Assembly (NCBI GenBank): GCA_964424265.1
Contig: CAYRHX010000004.1
Location: 4,081-68,080, forward strand
Length of the DNA: 64,000 nt
Direction: 5' to 3'
Source of the DNA: an uncultured Candidatus Saccharibacteria bacterium
Lineage (GTDB): Bacteria; Patescibacteriota; Minisyncoccia; Phycocordibacterales; UBA2100
The notes beneath the pieces are model-generated. The model was not told the origin of the DNA and made no database searches. It saw nothing but the letters and a program-made list of their open reading frames with translations. The first letter of the stretch is position 1; every line of letters begins with the position of its first letter. Positions 46,740-56,635 of the stretch are shown piece by piece. The position numbers and the translations under genes are program-made.

Positions 46740-47786
46740 TCAACTAATCACGCCCGCAATGACATCCTTGTTGTCCGCAATCCACTCGTGCATACGCCCG
46801 ATACCGGCCTTGATCCCAACTTCTGGTTTCCATTTTAGATCACGCGCGAGTGCGCGAATGTCCGCGACGAAAATCGGCTGATCGCCGGCGCGAATGTCCG
46901 CGTGGGAAACATCGGGATTATACCCAAATTCTTTTTTCAAATGTTCGAGCAATTCAAGAAGTGAAATGGTGTTACTCGGTCCACCGCCGACATTGTATGC
47001 TCGATGCGGAAGCACATCGATGTTCTCAAAACCAAGTTCGTACAAACGCGCTAAGTCATCCACAAAAAGCCCGTCGCGCACCTGAAATCCTGAGCCGTAG
47101 ATCGTAAGCGGTTTTCCTCGCATCGCGGCGATAGTAAACCACGCAATCCATCCCTGATCCTCAACGCCGAATTGGTGTAATCCGTAAATGCACGACTGAC
47201 GAAACACCAATGTTTTCAGACCGTAAATACGGCCGTAATCAATCACATATTGATCGGCGGCACCCTTAGAACAGCCGTAGGGCGAATGGAAATCGAGCGT
47301 CTGCGACTCTGGTACACCGTATGCGCGATATGTGTCATCGACAAACTCATACCTCGTCAAAGCTTCTCGAACGGGATACCCTTCAAGCGCTCCGTATACT
47401 TTATTGGTCGAAGAGTAGATGATTGGTGGTTTGTTGTCGCTCGTTCGCACCGCCTCGAGCACGTTAAACGTCCCTACGATATTTTGCACCATGTCGTTGC
47501 GCGGGTCGGCGATGGACGTGGTAACGGCCACTTGCGCAGCGAGATGAAGAACGGCATCATTTGCCGCGACCGCACCATTCAGCGCATCCTGATCAGTACA
47601 AACATCTGCCCGTACCACACGTACATTGGGAAACTCCTTGAGAAGATTCTTTTCATTTATATCAGTACCCTTCCTCGAAAAGTTGTCGAGAAGAGTAACG
47701 CTCCATCCTTTCTTGAGAAAATGCCGCGCTGCATTGACTCCTATGAATCCTGCGCCGCCCGTGATGAGTAGTCTCCTTTTTTCCAT
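46740..47786 (-). CDS. NAD-dependent nucleotide-sugar epimerase/dehydratase (CDP-paratose 2-epimerase-like)
   Basis: 348 aa. LLITGGAGFIGVNAARHF...YSSTNKVYG...YGCSK. Confidence 0.7.
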   Translation of the reverse strand: MEKRRLLITGGAGFIGVNAARHFLKKGWSVTLLDNFSRKGTDINEKNLLKEFPNVRVVRADVCTDQDALNGAVAANDAVLHLAAQVAVTTSIADPRNDMVQNIVGTFNVLEAVRTSDNKPPIIYSSTNKVYGALEGYPVREALTRYEFVDDTYRAYGVPESQTLDFHSPYGCSKGAADQYVIDYGRIYGLKTLVFRQSCIYGLHQFGVEDQGWIAWFTIAAMRGKPLTIYGSGFQVRDGLFVDDLARLYELGFENIDVLPHRAYNVGGGPSNTISLLELLEHLKKEFGYNPDVSHADIRAGDQPIFVADIRALARDLKWKPEVGIKAGIGRMHEWIADNKDVIAGVIS

Positions 47787-47853
47787 ACGCGCTGTTCATA
47801 CTACCAAACCCACGCGAAATGAAAATGGCAACATATGCTATGCTTTCGTCACT

Positions 47854-48954
47854 ATGGAACGCGGTAAGAACCTCACGAAAAAGGTCGTTTATGTGTCACC
47901 CTACTACGATCCCGCAGTCCCCTCCGGCGCAAACCGCCGATTCGATGAAATAACCCGACGATTCTCACGCGACTTGGGCCAAGATTTCACACTCATCGTC
48001 GCGAAAGAGAAAGCGCCCACGTGGTGGAATACGAGAAGTGGCAATCTCGTTGAGGTCAATTATCATTTCAATCACGTGAGCAAATTCGCAGCAGCGCGGG
48101 AAATCAGCGCGGCGCTCGACAGACTCCCTCCGTCTATCGTCATCATCGAATCCATCCCCATCCCCTACCGCGCACTCAAACGCCACGCGCATTTTCAGGT
48201 CGCATATGACTTTCGATACTTCGCAAGCGAGAGTAAGGGATTTTTCTATCGGCTCATATTCTCAGCGTACCTCAAAAGCCAGTGGCGACGCGCGCAGTAT
48301 TTCGTGACCTGCAGCGACTTTTCCATCGCCGAGTTGCAGAAGCACGTCGGTTTCGATCCCGCACGCGTCGTCAAGAGCTACTTCGGTATTGACGAACGAC
48401 TTCTTGCTGAAGAGCCGATCCTCGAACAGAAAAACATCGATGTGATCTACGTAGGACATTTCGAAGCGCGAAAGAACCACGCGCCGCTCTTACGGGCGGT
48501 CGCGGAAGTAAATAAAGATCTACGAGTGTGCCTCGTTGGTGTCGACAATGGTCTCAAAAAGTCGTTGCAAGATCTCTCACAAACACTTGGCCTCACGAAT
48601 GTATCATTTGAGACGATCAACGACGACGTCGCCCTCTGGAAACTCTACCGACAAAGTAGAGTGTTCGCCTATCCCTCGCTCTACGAAGGATTTGGTATTC
48701 CCCTCATCGAGGCGCTTGCTCTCCATGTCCCCGTCATCGCCTCAGACATACCAATCTTTCACGAGGTAGGAGGCGAATTTGCTTCATATTTCAATCCACG
48801 CGATCCACACGATATTGCGCGCTCACTTCGCACCGCCCTCGACGCCCCACCCCAACTCGATCACGCTCGTGTCCGAGAACACCTCGAAAAATTCGTCTGG
48901 GAAAACATCTACACCAAATTCTCCTCCGACCTCCATCGTCTGAGCAACAGCTGA
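47854..48954 (+). CDS. Glycosyltransferase family 4
   Basis: Start at ATG 47854 (MERGKNLTKKVVYVSPYY). GT4 C-terminal VGHFEARKNHAPLL...YPSLYEGFGIPLIEALALHVPVIASD. Divergent from the 46740 gene. Confidence 0.75.
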   Translation: MERGKNLTKKVVYVSPYYDPAVPSGANRRFDEITRRFSRDLGQDFTLIVAKEKAPTWWNTRSGNLVEVNYHFNHVSKFAAAREISAALDRLPPSIVIIESIPIPYRALKRHAHFQVAYDFRYFASESKGFFYRLIFSAYLKSQWRRAQYFVTCSDFSIAELQKHVGFDPARVVKSYFGIDERLLAEEPILEQKNIDVIYVGHFEARKNHAPLLRAVAEVNKDLRVCLVGVDNGLKKSLQDLSQTLGLTNVSFETINDDVALWKLYRQSRVFAYPSLYEGFGIPLIEALALHVPVIASDIPIFHEVGGEFASYFNPRDPHDIARSLRTALDAPPQLDHARVREHLEKFVWENIYTKFSSDLHRLSNS

Positions 48955-49032
48955 CATCGGTACCTGATACCGCTCACGCTCTGAAAAAGAAAAAACATGG
49001 GCAACTGCACCCACGTCCGCAGTACGTGATAC

Positions 49033-49245
49033 GTGCGCGGCGATGTCCACATCAACAGCGTGGAATCATTCTGGGCGCACGTAAAGCGTTCAGTGAAAGA
49101 AACGCACAAAGTTATCTCGAGGAAGCATTTGCAGGCGTACTTGGACGGCGGCACTACAATGCTCGCACTTACAGCGACTCTGAGCGTTTTTCGCCCTACT
49201 TGGTGCCTTATTACAGCCTACAAAATAGACTTCAGTGCCGTTGAC
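49033..49245 (+). mobile_element. IS1595-family (ISXO2-like) transposase C-terminal relic, frameshifted
   Basis: GTG-initiated fragment VRGDVHINSVESFWAHVKRSVKETHKVISRKHLQAYL matches the conserved DDE_Tnp_IS1595 C-terminal block (N.IESFWs.lKRg..GthH.vs.khLq.Yl). Continuation YLEEAFAGVLGRRHYNAR is in another frame. No N-terminal part. Lies in 1.1 kb of noncoding DNA. Confidence 0.55.
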
Positions 49246-50086
49246 ATTTGTCGGGATTGTACCATGGAGCTGTGCAAAACTTGTGTTGACAGAAAAACCG
49301 ATGGTATCATTCAGGTACCACAAAAGGCTGTGGGGGCTAAATAGAAAAGGGCCCGGAGCAAACCGAACCCTTTTCCTCTCGATACAGGCTACGACTCGGT
49401 CGTGGCCTTTGTCGTTTTTTGCTCATCTAGCTTGCGCCAGATGGGAAAACATCTAAAGCCAAACTTGCGAGCATGCAACCGCCTCCCATTTTTGAGCCGA
49501 CGATACGGCACACACGCAACCAAGACGTACCCACGAGCTTTGCGCTCTTGTGAATCCATACATGTATTGGATTAACTCCAAACTGTCCCTATTTCTGCCC
49601 AGCCAATGATCGACCACTGAACGTCAACAGGAATTAATCGAGCCTGACCTGCCCGGAACTCGCGGCAGGTGGAGCCCGACCTATGAAATCAAAGAGCCTT
49701 ACACGCAGGTACTTGAGGTCGGCAACGATGACTCGTTAGCAACCCTGCTCTCGCAAGGTCTTTCAACCCTGCAAGTACCAGCGTCTAAGGCTTTTGAGTG
49801 AACAAAACTTATTCCTGGTAATTGCACACGTACCTGCGTCCTCTTTCGAGGCTCTTATATCATCGCAAGTCTAGCGAAGAAGTACAGTGTTTCGCGCTCC
49901 AAAGTGTGAATAACTTTTTCCCTAGTGATTAGGCTGTGAGGGAGTAGGTAAGGACATCGAAACAATCTTGCCTCAAATGCCCTATATAACTCCTGCGTAC
50001 AAGGAGCTTGCGGAACGATTATAGCGGCTCGAACATCGCACCAAACACCCAGCCACTTTGAAATAGATTCGGACTCTGAGAAGGTG

Positions 50087-50953
50087 TTACAAAGTTGTCC
50101 CTATATATTCTTCGAGCGTGATCTTCGGCTCCCATCCCAAAGCCCGTGATTTCGAGGTATCGATACCTGATCCGAGCCGATTGCCCGCTCTCTCCGGCAG
50201 CATCGTAATTTCACCTCCGATCATCTTTGCCACCTCAAGAATCGAATACTCGCGCCCCACGCCGAGTCCGTAGTCATCCCCCTCGCCCTTTTCTCCGACG
50301 AGAATGAGGCCACTCACGATATCATCTACGTGCGTGAAATTGCGCTTTTGGGTCCCCGGTGATACGACGGTGAGCGGCTCGCCTCGTGCGTGCTGTTGGC
50401 GAAAAATCTCGATGACGGTCCCATACTCTCCTGCTCTTTCACCCGGCCCGTAGACATTGTAAAAATACGTAATTGCATATGGGAGCTTGTACCAACGTGC
50501 ATAGTTGCACACGAGCTCGGTATTTGTGGCCTTGGTCCACGCATAGGGGCTCTGATCGCGCCCTACGCCGCCATCGCCGAATTTGGTGGAAGAGCCCGCG
50601 TAGACGAGTTTGCATTCCTGACCGGACAGGTTTCGTTTGCGCCAATATTCTGCAACGCCAAATGTCCCCGTCACATTGAGATCCCACACGACGGCTGGTT
50701 CCTCTACACTTTTCTCAACGCGCGAATACTCACCAAGGTGATATATGAGATCGGGTGTTTCCGGCACGTGTTTTTCTATATCTTTTGTGTGTCCCTCTCG
50801 GTACTCGACGCCCGACACGTGATTATCACGCGAACCCGTAAAATAATTGTCGAGCGAAATTACAGAGTGTCCCTCATTCACCAAACGCTTGCATAAATGC
50901 GAGCCGATAAACCCCGCGCCACCAGTCACCAAAATTATCTGTTTGACGCTCAT
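50087..50953 (-). CDS. NAD-dependent epimerase/dehydratase family nucleotide-sugar enzyme
   Basis: Start chosen at MSVKQIILVTGGAGFIGSHLCKRL (ORF extends to 51004). YxxxK region ...SPYAWTK. Confidence 0.75.
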   Translation of the reverse strand: MSVKQIILVTGGAGFIGSHLCKRLVNEGHSVISLDNYFTGSRDNHVSGVEYREGHTKDIEKHVPETPDLIYHLGEYSRVEKSVEEPAVVWDLNVTGTFGVAEYWRKRNLSGQECKLVYAGSSTKFGDGGVGRDQSPYAWTKATNTELVCNYARWYKLPYAITYFYNVYGPGERAGEYGTVIEIFRQQHARGEPLTVVSPGTQKRNFTHVDDIVSGLILVGEKGEGDDYGLGVGREYSILEVAKMIGGEITMLPERAGNRLGSGIDTSKSRALGWEPKITLEEYIGTTL

Positions 50954-50963
50954 TCTCCACAGA

Positions 50964-51791
50964 CTATCCTGTTTCGTCGGTTTCTTCAATGATGTTCCAC
51001 TCATGTTTACTCAAACGCTTCGCATAAAATATTGCGGCGGCCGCAAAGAGGGCAACGGCGCATACGCCCAACAACCACAGAAAAGGACTGCTCGAAGCAG
51101 TATTCGCAGCAGCTACATTTTCTGGCGTTGTGCTGGTCGCAATGTCACCTTTCTCACCACTTTCTAATGCAAGAGGCTCTGCCGTATCGACAGACGATTC
51201 TGCAACAACTTTTGCCACCACTTTTGGTTTTGATGCAGCCTTGGTGGGCTCTTTGGGCGAAAGCACAAGAGCGTTCGGTAACATGGCCGCGCCTGGACTA
51301 GGCGAACGAGGGACAAACGAGGATTCTGCGCTTGCGCGATTCAAAGAATTTCCATCTCCCGCAGCTCCCATCGAACTTTGGTAGATGATCGTATCGACAT
51401 CGGTGCTACTCGCGTTGCGCAGAGAGATCGTCTCACCGCTATTGCTCAAACTAAACGCACTGTCAAAAAGCGGACCGCGGTAATCTGGCCAATCAATTTT
51501 ATAACTCGTCGCATTATCGGCGATGATGGCGTACGCACCTGGCAGAAGCATGGCGCCATGAGAGACTGCCGTAATCTTGTGCGCGGTCCCATTCTCGAAC
51601 AATCTATACGTACTCAAGGACACTTCTATGGTTCCTGCGTTATATACCTCTACCCATTCTCTTCCACCATCAGCTCCTGATTGAAGATCGTACATCAGCT
51701 CGGTAACGACAACCTGCGCATTCACAATACCTGGAAATACACAGAATAATCCCAAAATGAGAATGGTTGGTTTACCGATCAAGATTGTCAT
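50964..51791 (-). CDS. Lamin-tail-domain (LTD) protein with signal peptide and C-terminal TM anchor
   Basis: Start at MTILIGKPTILILGLFCVFPGIVNA (signal peptide). LTD block VVVTELMYDLQSGADGGREWVEVYNAGT...ETISLRNASSTDVDTIIY. C-terminal FLWLLGVCAVALFAAAAIFYAKRL. Confidence 0.7.
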   Translation of the reverse strand: MTILIGKPTILILGLFCVFPGIVNAQVVVTELMYDLQSGADGGREWVEVYNAGTIEVSLSTYRLFENGTAHKITAVSHGAMLLPGAYAIIADNATSYKIDWPDYRGPLFDSAFSLSNSGETISLRNASSTDVDTIIYQSSMGAAGDGNSLNRASAESSFVPRSPSPGAAMLPNALVLSPKEPTKAASKPKVVAKVVAESSVDTAEPLALESGEKGDIATSTTPENVAAANTASSSPFLWLLGVCAVALFAAAAIFYAKRLSKHEWNIIEETDETG

Positions 51792-53595
51792 CCTCTCGAA
51801 GGAGGCGCTGGAGAACTTCTGGAGAAACTTCGCTACTTCGTTCATCCCGTACAGTATCTCGCGAATTCTGGTGACGCGGAGGAAGCGCAGAACGAGACTG
51901 TGGATGCGGTCGAGGGGCATGCTCATGCACTTGCGCGCGGTCATGACGTTGACTCATTTTGTTGGCATTTTTCTCGCGCAAAATGTCCGCTGGCGAACGA
52001 ATCGGCCCGGCACTCGAAACATCCTGAAGTGGCGTCGCTCGAACATGCCTGAGTGCCGCGCGGAGCGCATCGCGTGGATCAGAAGCAGATTGAGTCACCC
52101 TGTTCGGAGTACCATGCGCATGCGGTGGAGGATGTACCGCAAATCCTTTCGTCTGCAGTGCGCTCTGTTGGATGTGCGAAGATACCCCAGGTGGTGACTG
52201 TGTGGGACGTGCCGCAGGGCTCTCAGGACGCGGCCGCGTTCCGTATGCGCTTCCAGAATTCGACTCCTTTGGTTTTTTGGGCGGCGGCTGAAATTCGAGT
52301 TGGCGCCTATTGACCCCCGCCTCGACCTCAGCGCGCGACCGACCGTAGAGTGCACGCGAATTCCGCACGCAATCGTCACGATATGAGATCGGGGGTGTAT
52401 CGATGGGAGGAATTGTCTCTGCCGAAAACGGTTTGGTGCCGACGCCGTCTACCATAAGCGTAAGATATATCTGGCCGATACCGAGCCCCACGAGATCCGC
52501 CGGCAAAAAGATCGGATCAAACACGGGTTCGAGCACCGCGGCGTCGAAGGGGCCGACACGAAATACGATCAGTGTGCCGACGTTGCCAAACACCGCATCG
52601 CGCACCTCCTCTTCCATCTGCTCGATATATTGGTTGGCGAGCGTCAGCGCCAATTTGTATTTGCGCGATTCCGAAAGAATGTCGGCAAACGCTTCGTTCA
52701 TCATCGATTGAAACTCGTCGACGTAAAAATAGTGGCGCGGCAATTTCGCCATACGCACGGCAGGCTCATCGGCGCGCGACATCGCGGCAAGATAAATCTT
52801 CACGACGAGCATACTGCCAAGCAAAGATGCGTTGGTCTCGCCCATGCGCCCCTTCGAGAGGTTGACGATAAAGATCTTCTTTTCATCCATGATCTTCCGG
52901 AGGTCGAAAGAGGATTTCCCTTGCCCCACGATGTTTCGTATCAGCGGATTAGCGGTAAATTGACCGATCTTGTTTTGGATCGCGGGTGTTGCTTCTCGCG
53001 TATAGGTATCGGTAAACGCCGCAAACTCTTCCACCCAAAACCCGCGTACGATAGGATCGGTTATTTTTTCCACAACGGACGCGCGAAACGCCTTATTGGT
53101 GAGCATGCGATTCACATCGAGCAGTGTCGAATCCGGGTACTCTAGAAGTGCCAAGAGCGTATTCTGCAAAATATATTCCATTCTCGCGCTCCACGTATCC
53201 ACCCATATGCGCTTGAGCGCACCCATGAGTCCGGAGACCACCAGGTGACGCTTGTCGTAGCCGACGTCCTCCATCACATTGAATCCAATCGGGTGATCGG
53301 TATCAAACGGAGCAAAATACACAACGTCTTTAATGCGGTCATGAGGCACAAAATCAAGCAATTTTTCTGCCGTCGCACCGTGGGGATCGATAAACGATAT
53401 GCCCTCGCCGTTTTGTATATCCTGTATCGCCATGTTTTCGAGCATGGTCGATTTTCCCATGCCCGTCTTTCCGATCACGTATATGTGTTTGCCGCGATCG
53501 GCGGCGCGTATACCAAATATCTCGCGCTTGCCGCGCGTATGCGTCGCCGCAAAATACGTTATACGGCGATCATCGCTTTGATGATCGGGATGCAT
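51772..53595 (-). CDS. TraD/TraG/VirD4-like type IV secretion coupling ATPase homolog (TrwB_AAD_bind-type), cytoplasmic form with disordered Pro/Arg-rich tail
   Basis: 607 aa. Walker A IYVIGKTGMGKST, Walker B YFYVDEFQ. C-terminal about 170 aa low-complexity. Confidence 0.6.
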   Translation of the reverse strand: MHPDHQSDDRRITYFAATHTRGKREIFGIRAADRGKHIYVIGKTGMGKSTMLENMAIQDIQNGEGISFIDPHGATAEKLLDFVPHDRIKDVVYFAPFDTDHPIGFNVMEDVGYDKRHLVVSGLMGALKRIWVDTWSARMEYILQNTLLALLEYPDSTLLDVNRMLTNKAFRASVVEKITDPIVRGFWVEEFAAFTDTYTREATPAIQNKIGQFTANPLIRNIVGQGKSSFDLRKIMDEKKIFIVNLSKGRMGETNASLLGSMLVVKIYLAAMSRADEPAVRMAKLPRHYFYVDEFQSMMNEAFADILSESRKYKLALTLANQYIEQMEEEVRDAVFGNVGTLIVFRVGPFDAAVLEPVFDPIFLPADLVGLGIGQIYLTLMVDGVGTKPFSAETIPPIDTPPISYRDDCVRNSRALYGRSRAEVEAGVNRRQLEFQPPPKKPKESNSGSAYGTRPRPESPAARPTQSPPGVSSHIQQSALQTKGFAVHPPPHAHGTPNRVTQSASDPRDALRAALRHVRATPLQDVSSAGPIRSPADILREKNANKMSQRHDRAQVHEHAPRPHPQSRSALPPRHQNSRDTVRDERSSEVSPEVLQRLLREDDNLDR

Positions 53596-53630
53596 GCTTG
53601 CAGTATATCGTATTTTGCTTAGCCGCAGAG

Positions 53631-55193
53631 TTATCGCCCTACGCCCTGTGACTCACCGGGTGCATACAAACTATGTACGAAGTTCAATAGCTTTCGCACA
53701 TCACTTTCTGAATCTTGGGAACCAAGAACGATAACAGCAATCTCGCGCTCCTCGTCCCCGATTTTGACATTGAATATGCCGGCGTAGGTCTCGAACGCTT
53801 CTCTCGTTTGGCCCACCTTCCCTCCTAGCAATGTCGCGGGGGCGTTTTTGATAAGATTGAAATTGCGAACGTTTTTAAACTCCGGTGTTCCATATACACT
53901 GTCTTTTATATCGCCCGAGGTAATGCCAAAAACAAAACGCCTGTTATCGCGAATATATCGCAGAAGCATGAAAAGATCTTGCGGCGTAGAATAATCGCCT
54001 TTTGCACCCGAAGGATCTGAAAAAATCGTGTGCGTGAGGCCGATCGCTTTCGCCTTCTCATTCATGTATTTCACAAATTGATCCCGACCTGTAATTGCGG
54101 CCAATGTTTCCGCGGCCTCATTGGAAGATTCCTGTAGAAGGAGAAACAAGAGGTCGTATACGCGCGCATCAGTGCCAACGCGCAACCGCGGAACTGATGT
54201 GTACACGATGGCATCCTCCGGGACTGCGATGGTTTTGTCGAGATTTATATACTCAGTGGCCACGAGCGCGCTCACGAGTTTGGAAATCGAAGCAATGGGT
54301 GCCGCTATCGAGGCTCCTTTCTCCGATAGGACCGTCCCGTTTTTCGCATCAGCCACGAGATACGAAGTCGCCGACACTGCTGGCGCTTTGAGCTGGTAGC
54401 CGAAAGAATCTTCCACGGGCGGAGCATTGTAGACGACCACTGACATCTCGGCAGATGCCAAGTCATATACTCGCTTCGCATCTTCGGTAGAAAGTCTGAT
54501 GCAACCACCAGAATAGGATGAGGCAACGGGAGTACCGTCTTCATAGTACGGCCACCCATGTATGAAGAAATTGCCCTGGAACGCGATGCTCCATGGTTGA
54601 TACACTTTTCCAAATGTTGAGAAGTGATTTTTCTCTTTTGTCTGGACGCGATAAATGCCCGCTGGCGTTTCCCACCACGAACCAGCTTTTCCTTTCGCGA
54701 GTATTGGCACTTCGAGCGCCACGACGCCATCGACGTTTACGCGCAGAAGCATGAGCGAGAGGTCGGCATCGATAAAAGAAACCTTGCTTGCCGTGAGTGA
54801 GGCCTTCACATCTTCGTAGTATCCTCGATCGGAGAGGGTCGCGAGCGCTCCGTAGACAAGAGGAAGGGTGGTTGATGCTGTCGAGGAGGGAATAGAAATG
54901 GAGTATACGGTTGGGGGTTTGTAGAGCACGTATCCGGAAAAACCGAGTGCCGCAAATGAAAGTACCGCGAGTATTGTGGTCGAGGCAGGTAGTGGCCAAC
55001 TCAACCCTCGATGAAGCTCTGCACGCGGCGGCGCGACGTCCTTTTGTGCAGTTGAGTGTCCCGACGCGAGCGAGGTCAAAAGTGCCTCACTCGTCCAGCC
55101 CTCAATCATGAGGCGACTCAATATTGCACCGTCCGACATTCCTTGCCTTCGAAGAAATTCGATACGTACCGTCGGATCGTCGATTCGTGTCAT
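53631..55193 (-). CDS. Bifunctional L,D-transpeptidase (YkuD) + serine D-Ala-D-Ala carboxypeptidase (S11/PBP5-like)
   Basis: Start chosen at MTRIDDPT (ORF extends to 55454). YkuD catalytic HGWPYYEDGTPVASSYSGGCIRLS. SxxK motif SISKLVSAL and S11-like C-terminal half. TM near N-terminus. Confidence 0.7.
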   Translation of the reverse strand: MTRIDDPTVRIEFLRRQGMSDGAILSRLMIEGWTSEALLTSLASGHSTAQKDVAPPRAELHRGLSWPLPASTTILAVLSFAALGFSGYVLYKPPTVYSISIPSSTASTTLPLVYGALATLSDRGYYEDVKASLTASKVSFIDADLSLMLLRVNVDGVVALEVPILAKGKAGSWWETPAGIYRVQTKEKNHFSTFGKVYQPWSIAFQGNFFIHGWPYYEDGTPVASSYSGGCIRLSTEDAKRVYDLASAEMSVVVYNAPPVEDSFGYQLKAPAVSATSYLVADAKNGTVLSEKGASIAAPIASISKLVSALVATEYINLDKTIAVPEDAIVYTSVPRLRVGTDARVYDLLFLLLQESSNEAAETLAAITGRDQFVKYMNEKAKAIGLTHTIFSDPSGAKGDYSTPQDLFMLLRYIRDNRRFVFGITSGDIKDSVYGTPEFKNVRNFNLIKNAPATLLGGKVGQTREAFETYAGIFNVKIGDEEREIAVIVLGSQDSESDVRKLLNFVHSLYAPGESQGVGR

Positions 55194-55197
55194 AGCT

Positions 55198-56430
55198 TTA
55201 TTCTTTACCGAGGACCACCCTAAGGCTTCGATATTTGTTTGCCGGGTCCCAAAAGAGATATGAATCGAGCCCAGCGTCTTCGTTTGCCTTAATCTGCTCT
55301 TGCACCATCGCTGGCGTGTAGGTAACGGGATAATCAAAGCTTTGGAGCCAGGGGCGTATTTTAGACGCAGGATACGCGGGCTTCGAGTACACCGCGGGAG
55401 TTGAGGTCCCAATACGTTCGTAGGCGAATGATGCGATCGGCGTTGTCGTTGCAAGGGTTCGTCTTACCGCCTCGACCATGGAAAGATGTACTATGTCGTA
55501 CGAATGGGAGTTCACATCCTTATACCCATTGAATCCGCTTGGATAGTGCGAGGGATACACCATTGGATCAATGAAGTCGAAGTACGGCAGTGCGCGCTCC
55601 AGTACTTGACCAATATTCAGATCATCTTGATTTGTGGCCGTCATCCCAAAGAGATCCGCCGATGTAACGACCCCTATAGGCTCGAGTTGCTCAGACAGAT
55701 ACTTGAAAAAACTCTCGAGTACTTCCGGCTTTGTGCGGCCATCGGCCCACGAATACACCGCCTCTTTCATCGGACCGTCTGAGGGAAAGCGGATGTAGTC
55801 AAAGTTGAGTTCATCAAAACCAATCGCGTACGATTCTTTGGCCAATTCCACGACGTTGTCCCAGTATGGTTTTGCCCCCACGTCTACAAACGCGAGACCT
55901 TTGTGATCCTTCCACACGCCTCCACCACTCTTTTGCACTGCTTCGTCAGGATGGACTTTTGTGTACGCGGGATTTTGAAACGTGGTGATGCGGCCGATGA
56001 CATAAATATCTTTTTCGTGCAGCTCTTTGATAAACGCCTTCATATCACGTGCCCCACAGGCATCCGACACATAGTCTTTGAGTGAAGGATTGTCTGTAGG
56101 AAACGCTATCTTTCCTGTGTAATCTCGAATATCGATAAGGAGGGCATTGATCTCCGTAGTGTCAACAAGCTCAATCAAATCTTTGCGAAACGAAGGCGTG
56201 CCAGCCGCGCATTGCGACATATACACCGCCTTCACTGTGGGCGGCGTAGCAAGATGCTGCACCTCTGGCTCTGTAGGTGTGATCACGCCATTTGAACCTA
56301 CGACTTGAGCAACATTGCCGCCACGAATATACGAAACTTTCGGCATAGCAGAAGCCACTGCGGCTACAACACCAACAGAAAGGAGAAACAGTACTCCGAG
56401 TATCAATATCCTACTGCGCCAATTCTTCAT
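55198..56430 (-). CDS. Secreted glycoside-hydrolase-like TIM-barrel protein (DUF4015/GHL-type)
   Basis: 410 aa. Signal/TM ILILGVLFLLSVGVVAAVASA. GFDELNFDYIRFP motif typical of this hypothetical GH-like family. Confidence 0.55.
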   Translation of the reverse strand: MKNWRSRILILGVLFLLSVGVVAAVASAMPKVSYIRGGNVAQVVGSNGVITPTEPEVQHLATPPTVKAVYMSQCAAGTPSFRKDLIELVDTTEINALLIDIRDYTGKIAFPTDNPSLKDYVSDACGARDMKAFIKELHEKDIYVIGRITTFQNPAYTKVHPDEAVQKSGGGVWKDHKGLAFVDVGAKPYWDNVVELAKESYAIGFDELNFDYIRFPSDGPMKEAVYSWADGRTKPEVLESFFKYLSEQLEPIGVVTSADLFGMTATNQDDLNIGQVLERALPYFDFIDPMVYPSHYPSGFNGYKDVNSHSYDIVHLSMVEAVRRTLATTTPIASFAYERIGTSTPAVYSKPAYPASKIRPWLQSFDYPVTYTPAMVQEQIKANEDAGLDSYLFWDPANKYRSLRVVLGKE

Positions 56431-56635
56431 GTCGGTGAGCGCTTTCGGCGTATGTCTCTCCAGTTCTTGAGGCAGCTGACTGTCCGCTGCCTCGTCTGCG
56501 CACCACGATCCCCAACGCCACTACCAAAATCCCTGCAATCAAGAAAAGCACGGTATCCCAGCTCTGTGGAAATCCCAAAAACGGCAACGTAGCCACAAAC
56601 GCCCCCAACGTCATAAGAAGTGTGTCGACTGTCAT
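56411..56635 (-). CDS. Small two-TM membrane protein
   Basis: 74 aa. LLMTLGAFVATLPFLGF and VLFLIAGILVVALGIVV. Start overlaps RT stop region. Confidence 0.4.
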   Translation of the reverse strand: MTVDTLLMTLGAFVATLPFLGFPQSWDTVLFLIAGILVVALGIVVRRRGSGQSAASRTGETYAESAHRHEELAQ

